Of a stretch of DNA of 64,000 nt, positions 60,252-64,000 are shown one piece after another. Position 1 is the first letter of the stretch, and every line of letters starts with the position of its first letter. Location: assembly GCF_009914755.1 (NCBI RefSeq), contig NC_060935.1; one strand, given 5' to 3'. The translations under genes and the position numbers were made by a program. This DNA comes from the human T2T-CHM13v2.0 reference genome, Homo sapiens. The notes beneath the pieces were generated by a model that worked only from the letters and a program-made list of their open reading frames with translations, was not told the DNA's origin and did no database searches.

Positions 60252-63200
60252 AGTCTTGCTGCAGGAGAAAGAGCCGGAAGCTCTGCTTCCTTCTTCTCTT
60301 GGGTCTCTGGGTGCCAGACACGCAGCAGCCACCCCCCAGCTCTGAGCGCCACGTGGCCTGGCTCCGCTTTCCCAGGGTCTGGGCAGTGGGCGCGGCCGGG
60401 GTCTGGTCTCTGAGTTGACGGGGAACTGAGGGTGGGCAGACTTGAGACGTGGCCCCATGCTGGGGAGGCGGGTTGGCCAGAGAGGGCCACACACAGGCTC
60501 GGAGCTGCATGCCAGGTGGGGAATGAGACACGCAGGTGAAAAGACCCAGAAGATAGTTCTGAGCGCCCACATTCAGAGCCTGAGCCCAGAGGCGTCGGGA
60601 GGAATGGAGGGGTCAGCGTGAGCACGGGGCGGCGCCGGGTGAGAGAACGGCCTGGCCTGGACAGAAGTTCTGGGGAGGGGCTGCCAGGGCAGCAGCCCTC
60701 AGGGGGCCTGGTGAGGGAACTCCGGCCCGCCTGTGGGTTTCGGTTTGGCACTGTTGGCAGCAAGAACCCGAGAAGGGCCGGGAAGGGATCCGAGGGCAGC
60801 AGTGTCTCAGGAGAGCCATGGCGGAGAGGTGCCGTCGGGCACAGGCCCGGGGCTGGGCCTAGGGGACAGGGAGGACCCAGCCTGGAAAGGTGGTTAGGGC
60901 AGGGGGCAAGGTGTGGCCAGCAACCACTGCAAAACAGTTCTGTGGGCTTCTCGGCCCTGGGGGTGGACAGGTCGAGAGAGGAGAGGGTGGGCTTGAGCAT
61001 CCTGTTGGAGGTGCCCAGTGGCCTCGCAGTGTCTGGGTGGATGCCTGGGTCTAGACCCTTGTTCTGTCGGCCCAGGGCAGGTCAGGACGCACGGCCCCTG
61101 CTCTGATTCTTGTCTAAAGGGTTCTGCGTGGAAGCCTGTGGCCCTGCCAGAGGCTCTGTGCTGCCTCTCCTAGCCTGGCCTGGCCTGTGGGAGCAAAAGG
61201 GGGTTGCCCGGCCGCCGTTTTTGGGGCCTGAACCTGGCAGACTGGCCTGGGTTCCCGTTCCAGCAAAGCTGGACAGGCCAGCCGGGGCAGCCTCCAGGGG
61301 GCCCTGAGCTGGATACAGAATTGATTTTTGGTTTTAATGATGTCTTATTCAGAACCTTCCAAGGAGCCCGGAAGGTTTCCAGCCCCTCTTCCCAGAACCC
61401 CTGCATCTGGTGAGGCCCAGGGCCTCCAGAGCCCCTTCTGGCCCCGTCTCCATGCGGCAGCTGGTGCGTCCTCAGGACGGGTTGCAGAGGCCTGGGGGCC
61501 CCTCTGTTTTTCTTAGTCTGTCCTTGGTTCCAGTGCTTCCCGAGAAAATCCAACATGGAGGCCAGAGCAAGGCCCCCTCCCTGCTGTGTGCGGGCAGCTC
61601 CGGCTTTGGGGTTGGGAATCAAAACCAGGGCCCACGTGTACGTCCGGAGCCATCTGCGCTCCACCCTGACCAGGACGGAGCCGCACTCGGGCGTCTGGGG
61701 GAAAGCCCACGGCGCGGCTTTCTTGCACGAAGTTGGGTTTGCCGTGTAAGCCTCCCCATGCGAATGCTCAGAAGAACACAGGTGTCACGTGGCCTTGGGA
61801 CCAACCCTGATCTGCAGCGTGGGCCTGTTGTGGTCTGAGTGAGGGTCCTGGCTTTTCCTTCTGCTTGGGCAGCCTTCCGAGGGTCTTGCAAGAGGAGATG
61901 GCGTGGCAGCTGGCTCAGCCTCCCCTCCCCCAGCCCGGAGTGCAGGCAGGAGGGGGTGTGGCGGGGGAAGTGTTCGGCTAGGGGGTGAAGGCCCGGGCAA
62001 GCTCACCCTTCAGTGTTGATTTAAAGGGATGGGGAAGGTCAGGAAGTAGAGCCGGAGAAATGGAGTCAACTGTGTTTTCCTTAGAGAAATAATTCATGGG
62101 GCCTAGAGCTCTGAGGACCCTAACTCACGGCAGGGGAAGAGGAATCCCATCCTTCATCCACGGCACGTCCAGCCCCGCACACAGGGGCCGTTAGCAGCCC
62201 TGCTGGCGGCCAGCGCACCAGGCACACTCCATCACGGCCGCCACCCCCAGACGCAGCCCTGACTCCGGCTCCAGCCGCCCCGGCCTCCAGATCCTCCTCC
62301 CGCCCTGTCTCACCCCGGCCTGTGCTGTCCCGTCGCAGCCCCCATGTCTCCCACAGGCCTCCCTGCCAGGGAGGAGAAAGGGGCTGGGGAGCTACTGCAC
62401 CCCCATCTCCACAGCACACCGGGGGCTCCCTCACTCCCCAGTCGTCACTGGGCATCCTTCTGCATGGCAGCCCACTGACCCCGGTAAGGGGCTGGCTGAG
62501 GGCCGGGCCTTAGGGGAGATAATAGCCTCAGGGGCCTGCCAAGTGCGTGGCCTGGGCCCAGTCCCAGGGGGTGCCCAGATGGAGGCAAGACCAAAATGCG
62601 GGGATGAGCACGGGGTGAGGCTGGGCGCATTTCTTGAAGAATGGGGGATAGGGACGGGCGTGTGGCGGTCCAGCGTGAGAAACAGGGCTGCCAGTCCTCG
62701 GCGGGGGTGGGTGATTCACACAAGACCCCACTTTCTGGGTCGTTGACTTGACCAATGGTTTCTGGTCTGAGCCGGGTGTCACAACTGAGGCCCCCGGGTA
62801 TCTGTCCCAGCCGCGTGTGGCATGACCTAGCCATGTCACTGGGTAGTCTTCCCCAAAGCATCCACACCCACCTCACATGCCTGCTGCAGAGGAGCGCGGA
62901 GCAGGCCGGGGTGGGCAGGCGGCCCCACTCAGGGTCTGGAAGGCTTGGCCTCTCCAAGAGCCCTGCGTGCCGCACCCATGGAGCTGAGCTTGGGGTAGCC
63001 AACCAGGGCTGTGCGGGGAGGGCCCACAGGAAGGGCCCTGGGTGGAGTGGGATGCTCAGGGGTTCAGCTGGGGGTCTGCTCCCACCACCTCAGGCACACA
63101 CACAGCCCACAGAAGGGACCGGCTGGACGCGCCAGCTCCCGTGACCCGCTCCTGCCTGGAGGCTCAGGGAGGGAGGGAGCAGCACCTGGGCAGGTCTGTC

Positions 63201-64000
63201 TTTTCCCCAGTACAAGGGCCCACTGTCGTGGCGCATGTGCTCACACAGGCTCTTTCATGCATGGGGACCAGAGAGGGTCTCACAGGGCCCCTCCGGCCCG
63301 GGCGTCAACCTCACCACCCCCACACCTGGGCAAGACCCCTGTCCAACCCAAACAGGCTGTTCCTGCAGAAGGAACTCGCCCGGAAAGATGCATCTCCCAA
63401 GGCTGACAGGACCACTCCCGCCTGTGTCTGGACATCCTCAGCGTGGCAGGAGTGGGAGAGGGACCCTGACCCAAGAGATAGCAAGTGGGCCCGCGGCCTT
63501 GCCTCGGTCGCCCCCAACATGACAGCCCTTCCCCTCGTGGACATCTCCAGCTGGGAGCAGGGTCGGGGACAGCCAGAGACAAAGGCAACAGGACGAGGGA
63601 GAGAGCCGACAGCGCTGCTCCGTGTCCCCATTCATGTTCATTTATTGCCATGCAGGGGTGATGCAAGGCCCAGGCAGTGCCATGCTGCGTGCATGGGAAG
63701 GGGTGGAGGGCCCTCGGGACCGCACCGGGCTGTGCTCATAGCTGGACGGCCCCACTTCTCTATGCTGATGAGTTTATAGCCATGATGGGCCCAGCTCTAC
63801 GGCCCACAGGAGCCCATGCCCTGGCAGCTCCAGGTAAGAGCCAAGCTGCCGGAATGGAGCAGAAACCCCTCTGTCTTCTGTCCTCCTCCTCCCCAGGTGC
63901 CGCACCCTCGGTCCCCTCCTCTCTATCTCCAGCACCGCTCACAGCTCCGCACCCCCAGAATTCCCTGCATTGTCGTCTCTGCGTCTTGGGGCCCTGCAGA

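Noticed and set aside
60300-64000. Additional gene, lncRNA exon or H19/IGF2 enhancer downstream of MRPL23
   Set aside because: GC-rich unique sequence without splice, ORF or motif evidence I can support from sequence alone

Overview
Human genomic DNA, most likely chr11p15.5 just telomeric of the H19/IGF2 imprinted domain. It is recognisable from two intact + strand genes. TNNT3 (fast skeletal troponin T) has all coding exons at 2915-18536, including microexons 4-8, the fetal exon and the mutually exclusive exons 16/17; its non-coding exon 1 is not evident and probably lies just upstream of the window. MRPL23 (mitoribosomal uL23m) has 5 coding exons at 51151-60090, a CpG-island promoter and a probable intronic C/D snoRNA. 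The ~32 kb between them is repeat-dense: two large CA-rich VNTRs (19640-22050, 41950-44380) bracket old L1, over 20 Alus and a degraded MER57-like ERV1 provirus with nested Alu, MER41A, LTR8 and MADE1 insertions. I see no new protein-coding gene; the long six-frame ORFs are GC or repeat artefacts. Best leads, all inferential: (1) ~24 kb between the two VNTRs that seems absent from my recollection of the GRCh37/38 primary assembly; (2) a candidate 7-nt microexon that would restore frame if TNNT3 exons 16 and 17 were both included; (3) an in-frame 93-bp duplication of the MRPL23 C-terminus and stop codon in a UGA-CGG readthrough context; (4) an Alu-tail-derived VNTR with an unexpanded sister copy nearby; (5) a non-Alu inverted repeat enclosing the MRPL23 intronic snoRNA. 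Exon boundaries were read by hand; repeat boundaries and subfamily names are approximate.
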